From the NCBI GenBank assembly GCA_017513085.1, contig JAFWDK010000018.1, positions 1 to 64,000 on the forward strand: a DNA stretch of 64,000 bases. The letters run 5' to 3'. Every line of letters begins with the position of its first letter. The first letter of the stretch is position 1. Under the pieces are notes generated by a model that saw only the letters and a list, made by a program, of their open reading frames with translations, was not told the DNA's origin and made no database searches. The stretch is from Clostridiales bacterium (GTDB taxonomy: Bacteria > Bacillota > Clostridia > Saccharofermentanales > Saccharofermentanaceae). The position numbers were made by a program, and so were the translations under genes. Below, in pieces: positions 25,938 through 37,272 of the stretch.

Positions 25938-28900
25938 TTACATAAGGTCAAAAAGATCCATTTGTCTCGATCGTGGAAGGCCGGCAAGCAAGCCCTCTTC
26001 TTCCAATTTCTTCATTGCAGACGGACCAAGATGCGCTCTCGTCTGAAGATCATCCTGTGTGGAGAAAGGTCTTTCCTTTCTCGCTTCAACGATACCATCG
26101 GCGATCGATGTGCTGATCGAGGCTATAACGTTCAAAGGCGGGAGGATCTTACCCTTTTCCACCTTGATAAACTTCACCGAATCTGATTTGTTCAGATCAT
26201 ACGGCACAAAAGAAATACCACGGAGATACATCTCCTCCACAAGTTCGCAAAGATAGAACAAAGCTTTCTCATTCGGTTTTCTTCTGCCAAGTCCATTGTC
26301 AAGTTCTTTTCTCTTGGCAATAACATAATCGATACCCTTACAGAGCAGATCGCCATCGAATTCATCTGCACGGATAGTGAAAAAAGAACAATAGTATTCT
26401 TCCGGATAGTTGACTTTGAACCATGCAATACGCAGTGATGAAATCGCATAGGCCGCGGCATGCGCCTTCGGGAACATGTACTTGATCTTCTTACAGGATT
26501 CGATATACCAGTCCGGTACATTATTCTCACGCATCAGTGCTTCATGCTCCGGAGTCAAGCCTTTACCTTTTCTAACCTTCTCCATGATCTGGAAGGCATC
26601 CGAAGAAGGAACATTCCAGTAGATCAGCTGTGTCATGATCGAGTCACGGCAGCCGATAACCGTATTCAGCGTACAGGTTCCATCGTGAATAAGATCCTGT
26701 GCATTTCCTTTCCATACATCCGTACCATGCGAAAGACCCATCAGCTGGACCAGATCGTAGAACTGAGAAGGCTTCGTCTCATGGATCATGTCACGCGCCA
26801 TCTTGGTACCCAGCTCGGAAAGACCTAGTGTTGCGGCCTCTGCAGGCGATGTACCATCAGGAATGCCGAGTGCTTCGGTAGAAGTAAACAGCGACATGAC
26901 TTTCGGATCCGGTATCGGGATCGTATGTACATCGATACCGGTCAGATCACTGAGCATACGAAGCATGGTCGGATCATCGTGACCCAGAATATCGAGTTTC
27001 AGGATCGTATCATGCAAAGCATTAAAGTCATAATGAGTCGTGATCGTGCCGCAATCCAGTTTGTTCGCCGGATGCTGGACAGGCGTAAACTCATAAATAT
27101 CCATCTCTTTCGGCAAGACCACGATACCACCCGGATGTTGACCGGTCGTTCTTTTTACACCATCGATTCCGCTTGCCCGGCGGGCAAGTTCAGCCTTGGT
27201 GATCGTTTCTCCCTTCATCTCACAACAGCCACGTATCAGCGCCTCGGCATTTTTCTCCGCATAACATCCGATCGTTCCGGCACGGAATGTATGCTCGCTT
27301 CCGAAAAGCTCTTCAACATACTTGTGTGCGCGGCTCTGATATTCGCCGGAAAAATTCAGGTCGATATCCGGCTGCTTATCTCCTTTAAATCCAAGGAAGG
27401 TTTCAAACGGGATATCCTGTCCATCCGACTTCATCATGGTTCCGCATTTCGGACATGGTTCGACCGGCAGATCGTATCCGGAACCGTACGTACCGGACAA
27501 ATCAAATGCGGAATACTTACACTTCGGGCATCTTCGATGCGGAGGAAGCGGATTAACTTCCGAAATACCGGAGAAAGTCGCAACAAGCGACGATCCTACC
27601 GATCCTCGCGATCCGACTACATATCCGTCAGAGTTGGACTTATTGACCAGTTTGTATGCGATGTAGTACATGATGGAGTATCCGTTACCGATAATACTGT
27701 CGAGTTCTTTTTTCACACGGTCAAGCACTAACTGTGGTACCTGTCCCTCATGTTCATACATCTCGTGCATGGTCTTATTTACTATGGCACGAAGATCATC
27801 CGGAGCTGACAGAATAACCGGAGGATATGTTCCATCCGGGAATGGTTTGATCTTATCGGAAATCTTATCCGCTATAGACTTCGGTCCGTAAATAACGACT
27901 TCCTTGCATCGCTCTTCCCCGAGATAACTGAACTCTTCAAGCATCTCATCAGTTGTACGGAAATACAGATCTGCCTGCATCTCCGCATCCTTGAATCCCA
28001 TATCCATCAAGAGATACTTACGGAATTCTCCGTCCTCCTTATTCAGGAAGTGAGAGTCCGTCGTGGCGCAACATGGTTTACCGACACGTTCCGCCATTTT
28101 TGAAATAATGACATTGATATTAACAAGATCCTCTCTGGTATGAAGTCCGCTTTCAGGATTACGCAGATAGAATTCATTGTTACAGATCGGCTGGATCTCA
28201 AAGTAGTCATACAAACGTATAAGACGCATGAAAGCGGAAGATGAGCTTAAGAATTCCAGTGTCTTTTCAAGATTATTCCCGTTTTCCACATAAGAATCTT
28301 TCACAAATTTGAAAATCTGTCCTCTTTCACAGGCACCACCGACAAGGATACCCGGACTCAGATACATGACTTCCGACTTCGGTATCCTCGGACGGGAACA
28401 AAAATACTCGGTATGGCCTTCAGAAACGATGCGGTACAGATTATAAAGACCTACAGTGTCCCTTGCCAGGAAAATAATATGGTATGAAGGCGTTTTTCTC
28501 TTCGCCACTTCACTCTTCGGAAGAAGGCCGACATGCGCATTCATTTCCGCACATGTAGAAAAACCGAAATCCTTTATACAACGGATCAGGATCGCAGCAC
28601 TGGCTCTGGCATCGCCCAAAGCACGGTGATGCCGTTCGTTTTCGATCCCAAGGTATTCACAGGCATCTGCAAGCCCATGTCTTGGCATATCCGGATACAA
28701 GAAGGTAACCGCCGATACAGTATCGATCTCGACATGATGGAATTTCACACGATACGGATGATGCTTCTCTTCATCCAATTGCTCGATATCGATCTGGAAA
28801 CCGGCCTCCTGCACAAATCCCATATCAAAAAAGACATTATGTCCGACGATCGGTTCGCCCTTCTTCAAAAACGCGAAAAGCTGCTGCGCCATCTCAAAAG

Positions 28901-30530
28901 GAGTCGGCGCTCCCTTGATCATATCCTCTGTAATACCCGTCAATTCTCTGGACTTTTCAGAGATCTCCACACCGGGATCGACCATAGTGGTAAAACTGTC
29001 CACTTCTTCATAATCGCCGTTTTCATTCTTGGCATAACGGACAGCGGCAATCTCCAGGATACCATCTTTGGTGCAATCCAGGCCTGTCGTTTCCACGTCC
29101 AAAGCAACAAAGGAATCCAAAGAGACCGGATCATCTTCCTTCACATGGTAAGCAATACAATCTCCATCATCGACCAAATAACCTTCCATACCGAAGATCA
29201 GTTTGAAGTCGGGGTTTTCTCCGCCTTTCTTGCACTTCTTATATGCATCAAAAGCTTCATTAAAGCCTTGCACGACACCATGGTCCGTAATGGCGCAGGC
29301 AGGATGGCCCATACGGTATGCCGTGGAAATAAGATCCGCCGGTGCAGTGACCGCATCTTTTTCACTCATCTTGGTATGGGCATGAAGCTCGACTCTTTTT
29401 TCTGTCGCATGGTCCTGACGTTTCGGCGGCGGAACAGCCTTATAAAGCCCCTTGACCGATGCTTCCACCTGTCCGGAGAAACTGCTGTATGCAAGCGTAC
29501 AGGCGATTCCTACATAGCCGCCCTTCTTGTAAGCATCATTAAACTGGTCCGCGTCCTTAGGAGACATAAAGGCGACGCACTCCACACTCGAAGAGGCATC
29601 AGTCAGATAAAACTTCAGCAATACTTTGTTTTTATTCTGTCCGACCAGACGCTGTTCTTCCTCTAGAACCTTTAAAGATCCTTCCAATCGAATCGTCTCA
29701 TCTTTTCCGTCGTAGCCCGGGACTGAAGCCGCATCCACGGAATTCTGGATCCTCTTTCTCGGACAATCCGAAGGAACAAATCCCCATATCACAGCGCCAT
29801 CTTCTGATTGGATCTCGAACTTCTGCGATCCCTTCCGAAATTCTTTCTTTTCTTTCTTTATCGTCTGTTTTTCCTGAAGGGTCTTATACTCCCATGAATC
29901 CTTATTCAGATCCTCAGGGATCTTGTTATCTTTGGCATTATTCTGCTTTTTCACCTCTATGGTGACTTCCTGCTCTTCTTTCGGGATCTCGACACGGTTC
30001 ATCATCTGATTCATAAAATAATCCGCATCCCGTGAATTAGACTGAACTTTTTCCTGCTTTTGTACTACGAAAGAAACCGGGAAACATGTATTCAGATAAC
30101 GCTTCGTAAAATCATCAATGGAAGCTCTGACCTGATCCTGGTACTCGTCCGGCAAGGCAGCAAAAAGAAATGCTTGCAGGCCATCTTCACTCATTTCTAT
30201 TTTATCGAGAACATGAGCATACATGCATTTCGTTTTTAACACGCGGGTCATCCAAAAAAGGATCGCCGGCATGGACTTCTTCCCGGCCTCACTATCCACA
30301 TTGCAGATATAAAGCCGGATATGGGAAAGATGAAGAGTCTGACGCAAAAACTCTTCTAATCCGCTCAACGCCTTCACATGACTGATTGCACCGGTAAGTT
30401 CAAGTCTTAATTCCATTCCCATAAAACGATCATCGAGGATGACCTCGACGATGTTACTGGGGATCATAGATGCAATTTTTGAAAGACGTTCATCTGACGA
30501 TATGTCAGATGTAAAATCATACAAAATCAT
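25938..30530 (-). CDS. polC: DNA polymerase III PolC-type
   Basis: PHP motifs (ELHAH, ITDHG); exonuclease motifs DVETTG, HNVFFD, HRALGDA; GSRGS, PDIDLNF and KLDILGHD. No intein seen. Confidence 0.97.
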   Translation of the reverse strand: MILYDFTSDISSDERLSKIASMIPSNIVEVILDDRFMGMELRLELTGAISHVKALSGLEEFLRQTLHLSHIRLYICNVDSEAGKKSMPAILFWMTRVLKTKCMYAHVLDKIEMSEDGLQAFLFAALPDEYQDQVRASIDDFTKRYLNTCFPVSFVVQKQEKVQSNSRDADYFMNQMMNRVEIPKEEQEVTIEVKKQNNAKDNKIPEDLNKDSWEYKTLQEKQTIKKEKKEFRKGSQKFEIQSEDGAVIWGFVPSDCPRKRIQNSVDAASVPGYDGKDETIRLEGSLKVLEEEQRLVGQNKNKVLLKFYLTDASSSVECVAFMSPKDADQFNDAYKKGGYVGIACTLAYSSFSGQVEASVKGLYKAVPPPKRQDHATEKRVELHAHTKMSEKDAVTAPADLISTAYRMGHPACAITDHGVVQGFNEAFDAYKKCKKGGENPDFKLIFGMEGYLVDDGDCIAYHVKEDDPVSLDSFVALDVETTGLDCTKDGILEIAAVRYAKNENGDYEEVDSFTTMVDPGVEISEKSRELTGITEDMIKGAPTPFEMAQQLFAFLKKGEPIVGHNVFFDMGFVQEAGFQIDIEQLDEEKHHPYRVKFHHVEIDTVSAVTFLYPDMPRHGLADACEYLGIENERHHRALGDARASAAILIRCIKDFGFSTCAEMNAHVGLLPKSEVAKRKTPSYHIIFLARDTVGLYNLYRIVSEGHTEYFCSRPRIPKSEVMYLSPGILVGGACERGQIFKFVKDSYVENGNNLEKTLEFLSSSSAFMRLIRLYDYFEIQPICNNEFYLRNPESGLHTREDLVNINVIISKMAERVGKPCCATTDSHFLNKEDGEFRKYLLMDMGFKDAEMQADLYFRTTDEMLEEFSYLGEERCKEVVIYGPKSIADKISDKIKPFPDGTYPPVILSAPDDLRAIVNKTMHEMYEHEGQVPQLVLDRVKKELDSIIGNGYSIMYYIAYKLVNKSNSDGYVVGSRGSVGSSLVATFSGISEVNPLPPHRRCPKCKYSAFDLSGTYGSGYDLPVEPCPKCGTMMKSDGQDIPFETFLGFKGDKQPDIDLNFSGEYQSRAHKYVEELFGSEHTFRAGTIGCYAEKNAEALIRGCCEMKGETITKAELARRASGIDGVKRTTGQHPGGIVVLPKEMDIYEFTPVQHPANKLDCGTITTHYDFNALHDTILKLDILGHDDPTMLRMLSDLTGIDVHTIPIPDPKVMSLFTSTEALGIPDGTSPAEAATLGLSELGTKMARDMIHETKPSQFYDLVQLMGLSHGTDVWKGNAQDLIHDGTCTLNTVIGCRDSIMTQLIYWNVPSSDAFQIMEKVRKGKGLTPEHEALMRENNVPDWYIESCKKIKYMFPKAHAAAYAISSLRIAWFKVNYPEEYYCSFFTIRADEFDGDLLCKGIDYVIAKRKELDNGLGRRKPNEKALFYLCELVEEMYLRGISFVPYDLNKSDSVKFIKVEKGKILPPLNVIASISTSIADGIVEARKERPFSTQDDLQTRAHLGPSAMKKLEEEGLLAGLPRSRQMDLFDLM

Positions 30531-30563
30531 AGGAATGCTCCTTCATATACAGTAAAATCAGGA

Positions 30564-31640
30564 TCAATGCGATGCATTCATCTGGTGGATCATACGGATC
30601 AGTTCATCAACTGCTTCATCCTTTGAAACCTTCTTGATTGGCTTTCCCTTACAGAAAAGCAGGAACTCATCCACTCCGCCTGCGATACCGATATCCGCTT
30701 CTCTGGCTTCTCCGGGTCCGTTTACGGCACATCCCATCACTGCAACAGTCATACTATACGGAAGATCGGAAATACGAGCTTCCACTTCTTTCGCGACTTC
30801 AATCAGCGGGACTTGTGTGCGCCCGCATGTCGGGCAGGAAACCAGCCGCATTCCTTGACTTCTAAGTCCAAGGGAACGAAGTATGGATATTCCCGCGCGG
30901 ACTTCTTCTATCGGTTCATCAGTCAGACTGACACGGATCGTATCTCCGATTCCTTCGGAAAGCAAAGCGCCGATACCGACACTGGAGCGGATCACACCTT
31001 CACGAAGCGTACCGGCCTCTGTCACACCGACGTGGAACGGATAAGGTACCTGATCACGCAAAAGCCGGTAACTTTCGATAGTCAAGACAGGATCAGAAGA
31101 TTTCATGCTTACCACAATATCGTGAAAGCCTTGCTTTTCAAGAAGTCCTATAGAGTACAGCGCACTCTGCGACAAAGATTGGGCATTTACCCCTCCGTAC
31201 TTTTCAAGCATATCTTTACCGATCGAACCGGAATTCACTCCCACACGGATTGGAATACCATATTCTTTGGCCATCTCGGCGACGCTTCGAACGCGGTCAT
31301 CTCCTCCGATGTTACCCGGATTGATGCGGATCTTGGAAGCGCCATTTTCGATCGATGCCAGAGCCAAACGATAATCGAAATGAATGTCCGCCACTACCGG
31401 GATCGGACTTCTCTTGGTAATTTCCTTAAGTGCTTCAGCAGCTTCCATATTCAGGATCGCCACGCGGGTAATATCACAACCGCAGGAATAAAGCTCCGAG
31501 ATCTGCTTGACGGTCGCTTCAACATCTCTGGTATCCGTATTATTCATGGACTGGATCGAAACCGGCGAATCTCCGCCGATTCCTAAATCTCCCAGCATAA
31601 CTTTTTGCGTTTTATACCTCTCGATCATGGGCCCACTCAC
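30564..31640 (-). CDS. ispG: HMBPP synthase
   Basis: IQSM, ADIHF, RINPGN, GIGDTIRVS, SCPTCGR and MGCAVNGPGE. Confidence 0.97.
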   Translation of the reverse strand: MSGPMIERYKTQKVMLGDLGIGGDSPVSIQSMNNTDTRDVEATVKQISELYSCGCDITRVAILNMEAAEALKEITKRSPIPVVADIHFDYRLALASIENGASKIRINPGNIGGDDRVRSVAEMAKEYGIPIRVGVNSGSIGKDMLEKYGGVNAQSLSQSALYSIGLLEKQGFHDIVVSMKSSDPVLTIESYRLLRDQVPYPFHVGVTEAGTLREGVIRSSVGIGALLSEGIGDTIRVSLTDEPIEEVRAGISILRSLGLRSQGMRLVSCPTCGRTQVPLIEVAKEVEARISDLPYSMTVAVMGCAVNGPGEAREADIGIAGGVDEFLLFCKGKPIKKVSKDEAVDELIRMIHQMNASH

Positions 31641-32947
31641 CTCGACAACCGGATAATATCGGAAACCAGTGCAAATATAACAAGTCCGATGATCATGACA
31701 AAGCCGATCACATTGATCACCTGTTCAGCCTTTCTGGACAGTTTTTTACCTCTGATCATCTCAACTACGGTCAACACGATAGCGTTACCGTCAAGTCCCG
31801 GAATAGGAAGAAGATTCGTAAACGCAAGACCTGTGGAAATACCGCCTGCCAGGATCAATAGGGTCTCGACTTTCATACTGCTCTCAACTTCCGGTGCATC
31901 CACAACATCAGACACGACAGAGGCAATACCAACCGGACCGGAAAGCACATCATAGGCCGCTACTTTTCCGGCAAATACTTTTGCCAGGGAATCAATAGAA
32001 ATGCGGATAAATGAAAACGGGAAAACAACCGCTTCACGGAAAGTCTCCCACAGCCCCTTTCCATCATCCAGATAAATACCACGAAGATTGGAAGTTTTAA
32101 CTTTGATCGGATTCATCTCTAAAGTCATTTCTTCGCCGTTCCGCACGATCTTAACAGAAAGAGTCTGCCCATTGGACTGCCGGATAATATCCGTACAGGC
32201 AGGATCCGTAACCGGCACATCATTGACAGAAAGAACAGTATCATTGACCTTCATGACAGGAGAATCGTTATTTTGTCTCGAATCGACTGAAGTCACTTTC
32301 CATCCGCCATAGGAGTCAACGCCGGAATAATGCGTAAATCCAAGCATATACTGATCCTGAATATCAGGAACAAGTGTAACATTATATTTTTCTCCGGTCT
32401 TTCCGGAACGCATGACCAGATCGACCGAATCCTTATTACTGCACTCATCCAGATAATAAGACAGATCCATCTGACAAAGGATACTTCTTCCGTTCAAAGA
32501 AACGATCGAGTCGCCGACTTCGATCCTTGTATCGGCAACCTGTGTACCTTCGACGATCACACCCTGGCGCAGAGACAAGAACCCGAAAACCGAAAAGCAG
32601 ATCATAAAGATGATGATTCCAAGAATAATATTCATAAACGGACCCGCCAAAGAAACCAGAAGGCGCTTCCATCTGGCCTGATTGATCAGGTTCTCAGGAT
32701 TATCATCCTTTAACTCACCGGTCTCTTCATCGATTTCCGAAAAACGGACATACGCACCGACCGGAATAAGGCGGATAAAATAATCAATACCGTTTCTTTT
32801 CCAGGAGAAAAGCTTCGGGCCGACAAAAACGGAAAGCTCATACACTTTGATCTTCAGGATCCGGGCTACGATAAAGTGTCCGATCTCATGCACTGCGGCA
32901 AGGATTCCCAATCCTAATATACAAATGATAATGCTTAACGGTGACAT
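31637..32947 (-). CDS. rseP: RIP metalloprotease RseP
   Basis: HEIGH, AGPFMN, PDZ-like region and NLLPIPGLDG. Confidence 0.93.
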   Translation of the reverse strand: MSPLSIIICILGLGILAAVHEIGHFIVARILKIKVYELSVFVGPKLFSWKRNGIDYFIRLIPVGAYVRFSEIDEETGELKDDNPENLINQARWKRLLVSLAGPFMNIILGIIIFMICFSVFGFLSLRQGVIVEGTQVADTRIEVGDSIVSLNGRSILCQMDLSYYLDECSNKDSVDLVMRSGKTGEKYNVTLVPDIQDQYMLGFTHYSGVDSYGGWKVTSVDSRQNNDSPVMKVNDTVLSVNDVPVTDPACTDIIRQSNGQTLSVKIVRNGEEMTLEMNPIKVKTSNLRGIYLDDGKGLWETFREAVVFPFSFIRISIDSLAKVFAGKVAAYDVLSGPVGIASVVSDVVDAPEVESSMKVETLLILAGGISTGLAFTNLLPIPGLDGNAIVLTVVEMIRGKKLSRKAEQVINVIGFVMIIGLVIFALVSDIIRLSR

Positions 32948-32980
32948 TCGCTTCTCCTGTTCTTTTTTCTATTTAGTGTA

Positions 32981-34147
32981 TCATTCTTTTTTCAAAGTAG
33001 CCATTTTTCTTGCCCAGCGGTCCACTTCAAAAATATCGTCTAAAGAAGGCTTAGCAATTACACCTTCCTTTTCATGCTGATTCATCACTCGCTCGACAGT
33101 ATGCTCAATATCCACGAATCTGGCCTTTCCCGAAAGGAAATCAGCAACCACGATCTCATTGGCAGCATTCATAGCAACCGGAAGTGTGCCACCCACCCTG
33201 CCGGCGTGGTAAGCCATATCCACCAACCGGAACACATTTCTGTCGCAAGGCTCAAAAGTCAGTTCGGAACTCTTTGCCGTAAATGGCGAAAAGCACTCCA
33301 CCACACGCTTTTGCCGTTCCGGATAAAACAGTGCGATCTGGATCGGCAGCATCATGTTCGGGAACCCCATCTGTCCCAGAACAGATCCGTCAGAAAGCTC
33401 GATCATGGAGTGAATGATGCTTTGGGGATGGATCACCACTTCGATCTGATCGACCGGAACACCGAATAGCCAAGACGCCTCGATGATCTCCAGTCCCTTA
33501 TTCATCATGCTGGCAGAATCGATCGTGATCTTACCGCCCATTTTCCATGTCGGATGATTTAACGCCTGTTCCAAAGTGACTTTTTCAAGCATTTCCCGGC
33601 TAAAGCCGCGGAAAGGTCCGCCGGATGCCGTCAGAAGGATACGGGAAAGAGATCCTTGCGGCTGTCCCCACAAGCACTGCCAGATAGCGGAATGTTCGGA
33701 ATCGACCGGCAAAAGAGCAACCTGATGTTCTTTTACCAACGGCATGACAACAGAACCGCCGGAAACCAGTGTCTCTTTATTTGCAAGAGCAATATCTTTT
33801 CCACAACGGATTGCTTGAACCACGGAAGGAAGCCCGCGCATCCCGACCATTGCCGCAACCACGCAAGTCACGTCCGGAAGCGTCGAACAGGCAATATTAC
33901 CTTCATCACCGGTGAGTATTTCGACGTTCTGCCCGACAGGAAGAAGCTCTACAAGTTCCCTTCTCTTATCTTCCGAAGAAACGCTTACGACCTTGGGAGA
34001 GAACTCAACGATCTGTTTGGCAAGAAGCGCAACATTTCCGCCACACGTCAAAGCAACGACAGAAAACTCGGACGGAAAATTTCTAACGATTTTCAGTGTC
34101 TGCGTACCGATTGAACCGGTTGAACCTAATATACAAAGTTTTTTCAT
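32981..34147 (-). CDS. dxr: 1-deoxy-D-xylulose-5-phosphate reductoisomerase
   Basis: LGSTGSIG, LANKE, PVDSEH and HPTWKMGGKITIDSA; start MKKL at 34147. Confidence 0.97.
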   Translation of the reverse strand: MKKLCILGSTGSIGTQTLKIVRNFPSEFSVVALTCGGNVALLAKQIVEFSPKVVSVSSEDKRRELVELLPVGQNVEILTGDEGNIACSTLPDVTCVVAAMVGMRGLPSVVQAIRCGKDIALANKETLVSGGSVVMPLVKEHQVALLPVDSEHSAIWQCLWGQPQGSLSRILLTASGGPFRGFSREMLEKVTLEQALNHPTWKMGGKITIDSASMMNKGLEIIEASWLFGVPVDQIEVVIHPQSIIHSMIELSDGSVLGQMGFPNMMLPIQIALFYPERQKRVVECFSPFTAKSSELTFEPCDRNVFRLVDMAYHAGRVGGTLPVAMNAANEIVVADFLSGKARFVDIEHTVERVMNQHEKEGVIAKPSLDDIFEVDRWARKMATLKKE

Positions 34148-34148
34148 T

Positions 34149-35009
34149 CTACACTCCCAGCAACACAATAAAGGCCAGGCCCAGTGCAACCGGTAAAGTA
34201 AAAAATGCACTGTCAAAGCGATCCATCATACCGCCATGACCCGGCATAAATTTTCCGAAATCCTTGATTCCGACCATTCGTTTAATACTTGAGGCCATCC
34301 AGTCACCTAACTGCGAAACCACAGAAAGAAGAAAACCGAACAAGGCTGCCAAAGCAACGAAACCGGCAAATGGAATCTTCACGTCAATGACGCGGTTCAT
34401 AACAAAAGCGAAAAACAACGCTGTCAGCACCGAACAGAAAACCGCACCACCGATACAGCCTTCCCATGTCTTTTTCGGGCTGATATGAGGGACGATCTTA
34501 TGCTTTCCGAGAAGAACTCCCGTAAAATAGGCAAAAACATCGGAGATCCATGGAGCAAATAGTCCTATGACAGCAAAATACCATCCTTTCTGGATCAGAA
34601 GCGCCATAGTATTCAGGCAAACGATCGGGAAAGAAACATAGATTATGATCAATGTTTGGGCCAATCCGGAACGGATCGCGTCCGGATCTTCTTTTCGGAT
34701 CGGTGGAAACATCGTTGTCACGAAGCAATACGTGATCGCAACAAGCGTATAAAGAGTCATTGCTTCAGCAGCCGATCCTCCGCAAAGCCATGTGATGACA
34801 GGCAGGAATCCGGTCAACCCGCCAAGGAAGGTAACCAAAGGAGAGATCTCCTTTACTTTATTCCGGGCAGCCTTGATCAACTCGTGAATCGCTACGGTCG
34901 AAACGATCAAAGATAATAACAGCATGATCACAGGATAAAAATAGGCAGGAACGACCAGTGCCAGCACCGCAATAGTAAAAACAGTTCCTGTGATGATTCT
35001 TTGTTTCAT
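34149..35009 (-). CDS. cdsA: Phosphatidate cytidylyltransferase
   Basis: SPKKTWEG and IKDFGKFMPGHGGMMDRFD. Confidence 0.96.
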   Translation of the reverse strand: MKQRIITGTVFTIAVLALVVPAYFYPVIMLLLSLIVSTVAIHELIKAARNKVKEISPLVTFLGGLTGFLPVITWLCGGSAAEAMTLYTLVAITYCFVTTMFPPIRKEDPDAIRSGLAQTLIIIYVSFPIVCLNTMALLIQKGWYFAVIGLFAPWISDVFAYFTGVLLGKHKIVPHISPKKTWEGCIGGAVFCSVLTALFFAFVMNRVIDVKIPFAGFVALAALFGFLLSVVSQLGDWMASSIKRMVGIKDFGKFMPGHGGMMDRFDSAFFTLPVALGLAFIVLLGV

Positions 35010-35012
35010 GTA

Positions 35013-35795
35013 TTATTTCTCCTTTGAAAGCCCGCCAAAACGACGATCTCTCTTTGTATATGCGACAAGTGCTTCCGTAAGTTCCTGCATACCGAAGTCC
35101 GGCCAAAGCACATCAGAAAACCAAAGTTCAGAATATGCCCCTTCCCAGACGAGGAAATTCGACGTTCTTTCCTCACCGCTGGGCCGGATGATCAGGTCCG
35201 GATCCGGAACATCCGGAAGATACAGGTTCGATGCAAACATCTCCTCCGTGATCGATGAAGGATCGAGTGAACCGTCTTTTACCCGTTGCGCCAGTTTCTG
35301 GCACGTCTGGACGATCTCACGTCTGCCTCCATAGTTAAAAGCAACGATCAGCGTCATTCTTGTCCTATGTTTGGATCCTTCTTCCGCTCTCTTACAAACG
35401 GCACGGATATTCTCCGGTAATGCTTCGATATCACCGGTAAAACGGACACGTATGCCTTCCTGCTCCAGTTCCGGATCATAACGGTCGAAGTACTCCACGA
35501 AAAGCTCCATCAGCGTATGCACTTCACTTTCCGGTCTCGACCAGTTTTCCGTTGAAAAAGCATATACCGTAACATATTTGATTCCATAATGGCCGCAATT
35601 CTTACAAAGCGTCTTCAAGTTGTCCGCGCCGGCACGATGTCCTGCCGAACGAGGCAACATACGCTTCTTCGCCCATCTTCCGTTACCGTCCATGATCACT
35701 GCAATATGCGTCGGTATCTTAAGTTCGGACTCATCGATCGAAGGTGTCTTCTTTCGTGAAAAGAAAGAAAATCTGGATTCATCGTTACTACTCAT
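35013..35795 (-). CDS. uppS: Undecaprenyl diphosphate synthase
   Basis: HIAVIMDGNGRW, FSTENW, NYGGR and RPSGEERTSNF. Confidence 0.97.
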   Translation of the reverse strand: MSSNDESRFSFFSRKKTPSIDESELKIPTHIAVIMDGNGRWAKKRMLPRSAGHRAGADNLKTLCKNCGHYGIKYVTVYAFSTENWSRPESEVHTLMELFVEYFDRYDPELEQEGIRVRFTGDIEALPENIRAVCKRAEEGSKHRTRMTLIVAFNYGGRREIVQTCQKLAQRVKDGSLDPSSITEEMFASNLYLPDVPDPDLIIRPSGEERTSNFLVWEGAYSELWFSDVLWPDFGMQELTEALVAYTKRDRRFGGLSKEK

Positions 35796-35804
35796 ATACT
35801 CTCC

Positions 35805-35848
35805 AAAAAAAGAGGCGCCTTATTCCAAAAAGGCTAAGGCAACCTCTT
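35805..35848 (-). terminator. Intrinsic terminator after frr
   Basis: AAGAGGTTGCCTTAGCC...GGAATAAGGCGCCTCTT-TTTTT. Confidence 0.75.
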
Positions 35849-35871
35849 CGTTTCATGTAATAAGATCAGGA

Positions 35872-36444
35872 TCAGATCTCCATGAGATCCTTTTCCTTAG
35901 CTTCGCAGCACTTATCGACTTCTTTAACATAACGGTCGGTAAGTTTCTGCATCTGCTCTTCAAAATCAGCCAGATCATCATCTGTGATTTCTTTCTTCTT
36001 GTGGATTCCACGATACTTATCAATACCTTCACGGCGGATATTACGGATGGCAACCTTGCCTTCCTCGCCATATTTCTGGACACTCTTAACCAGTTCCTTA
36101 CGGCGTTCCTCTGTAAGGATCGGGAATACCAGACGGATCATCTTACCATCGTTACTAGGATTGATACCCAGGTCAGAAGACTGGATCGCTTTTTCGATTT
36201 CACGAAGCATAGACGGATCCCAAGGCGTCAAAGTAATCATTCTCGGTTCAGGCACCTGGATATTCGCCACGGCATTCAACTGGGACGGCGCGCCATAGTA
36301 ATCGACAGTAATACGGTCGAGAACATGCGGGTTAGCACGGCCCGCGCGGATAGAATTGAAATTCTCCGTAAGGTTTGTGATGGTCTTCTTCATTCTCTCT
36401 TCATAGAATGCATATACATCTTTCGTGATTTCCTGCATTGGCAT
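35872..36444 (-). CDS. frr: Ribosome recycling factor
   Basis: IRAGRANP, YYG, LTEERRKEL and IRNIRR; ATG 36444 after AAGGAGG. Confidence 0.97.
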   Translation of the reverse strand: MPMQEITKDVYAFYEERMKKTITNLTENFNSIRAGRANPHVLDRITVDYYGAPSQLNAVANIQVPEPRMITLTPWDPSMLREIEKAIQSSDLGINPSNDGKMIRLVFPILTEERRKELVKSVQKYGEEGKVAIRNIRREGIDKYRGIHKKKEITDDDLADFEEQMQKLTDRYVKEVDKCCEAKEKDLMEI

Positions 36445-36468
36445 ATTCAAGCCTCCTTTTCGTTTGTC

Positions 36469-37176
36469 TTATCCGACAATTGTTCCTATATCTTCACCAA
36501 GAACGACCCGAACTATATTCTCCGGATCCTCCATGGAAAATACCATGATCTTCGTACCGTTATCTCTGCACAACGCTGCCGCTGTCGCATCCATAACCTT
36601 TAAATTCTTCGCGAGCACTTCATCGTGTGTGATAGTCTTATATTTCACCGCATCAGAGAACTTATGCGGATCCTTATCATACACTCCGTCAACCATAGTC
36701 GCCTTGCAGAAGATATCCGCTTCGATCTCGGTTGCACGAAGGGCACCTGCCGTATCCGTAGAGAAAAACGGGTTACCGGTACCGCAAGCAAAGATTACGA
36801 TTCTCTTCTTCTCCAGATGGCGTACTGCACGCTTACGGATATACGGCTCCGCCATTTGTCTGATTTCCACAGCCGAAAGCACTCGCGTCACCGCGCCTTC
36901 CTGTTCAAGGGCATCCGAGATCGCCAATGCGTTCATCATAGTTGCAAGCATTCCCATATGGTCAGCGGTAACACGATCCATATGTTCACTTGTACGCCCA
37001 CGCCAGAAGTTTCCGCCTCCGACCACTACAGCGACCTCCACTCCGAGATCAGCAACTTTTTTAATTTGAGAGCAGATGCTATGTACTGTAGCATCATCAA
37101 TTCCGACCTTCTTATCACCCGCCAGCGCTTCTCCGCTGATCTTAAGAAGGATCCTCTTATAGACAGGTTCGCTCAT
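36469..37176 (-). CDS. pyrH: UMP kinase
   Basis: [25 protein letters not shown] and VDGVYDKDP. Confidence 0.97.
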   Translation of the reverse strand: MSEPVYKRILLKISGEALAGDKKVGIDDATVHSICSQIKKVADLGVEVAVVVGGGNFWRGRTSEHMDRVTADHMGMLATMMNALAISDALEQEGAVTRVLSAVEIRQMAEPYIRKRAVRHLEKKRIVIFACGTGNPFFSTDTAGALRATEIEADIFCKATMVDGVYDKDPHKFSDAVKYKTITHDEVLAKNLKVMDATAAALCRDNGTKIMVFSMEDPENIVRVVLGEDIGTIVG

Positions 37177-37272
37177 AACCTCATCCTCCAATTCTTTACT
37201 TAGATTATTGTATCGTTAATTGCACTTTCTGAAAAGACAACACGAGGCATTTTTACATTTTTTTATGTGTGT

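Noticed and set aside
25938-30530. Intein or inactive proofreading domain in the 1530-aa PolC
   Set aside because: Exo I-III and polymerase motifs are intact. No splice-junction or LAGLIDADG motifs were seen, and the length is near normal.
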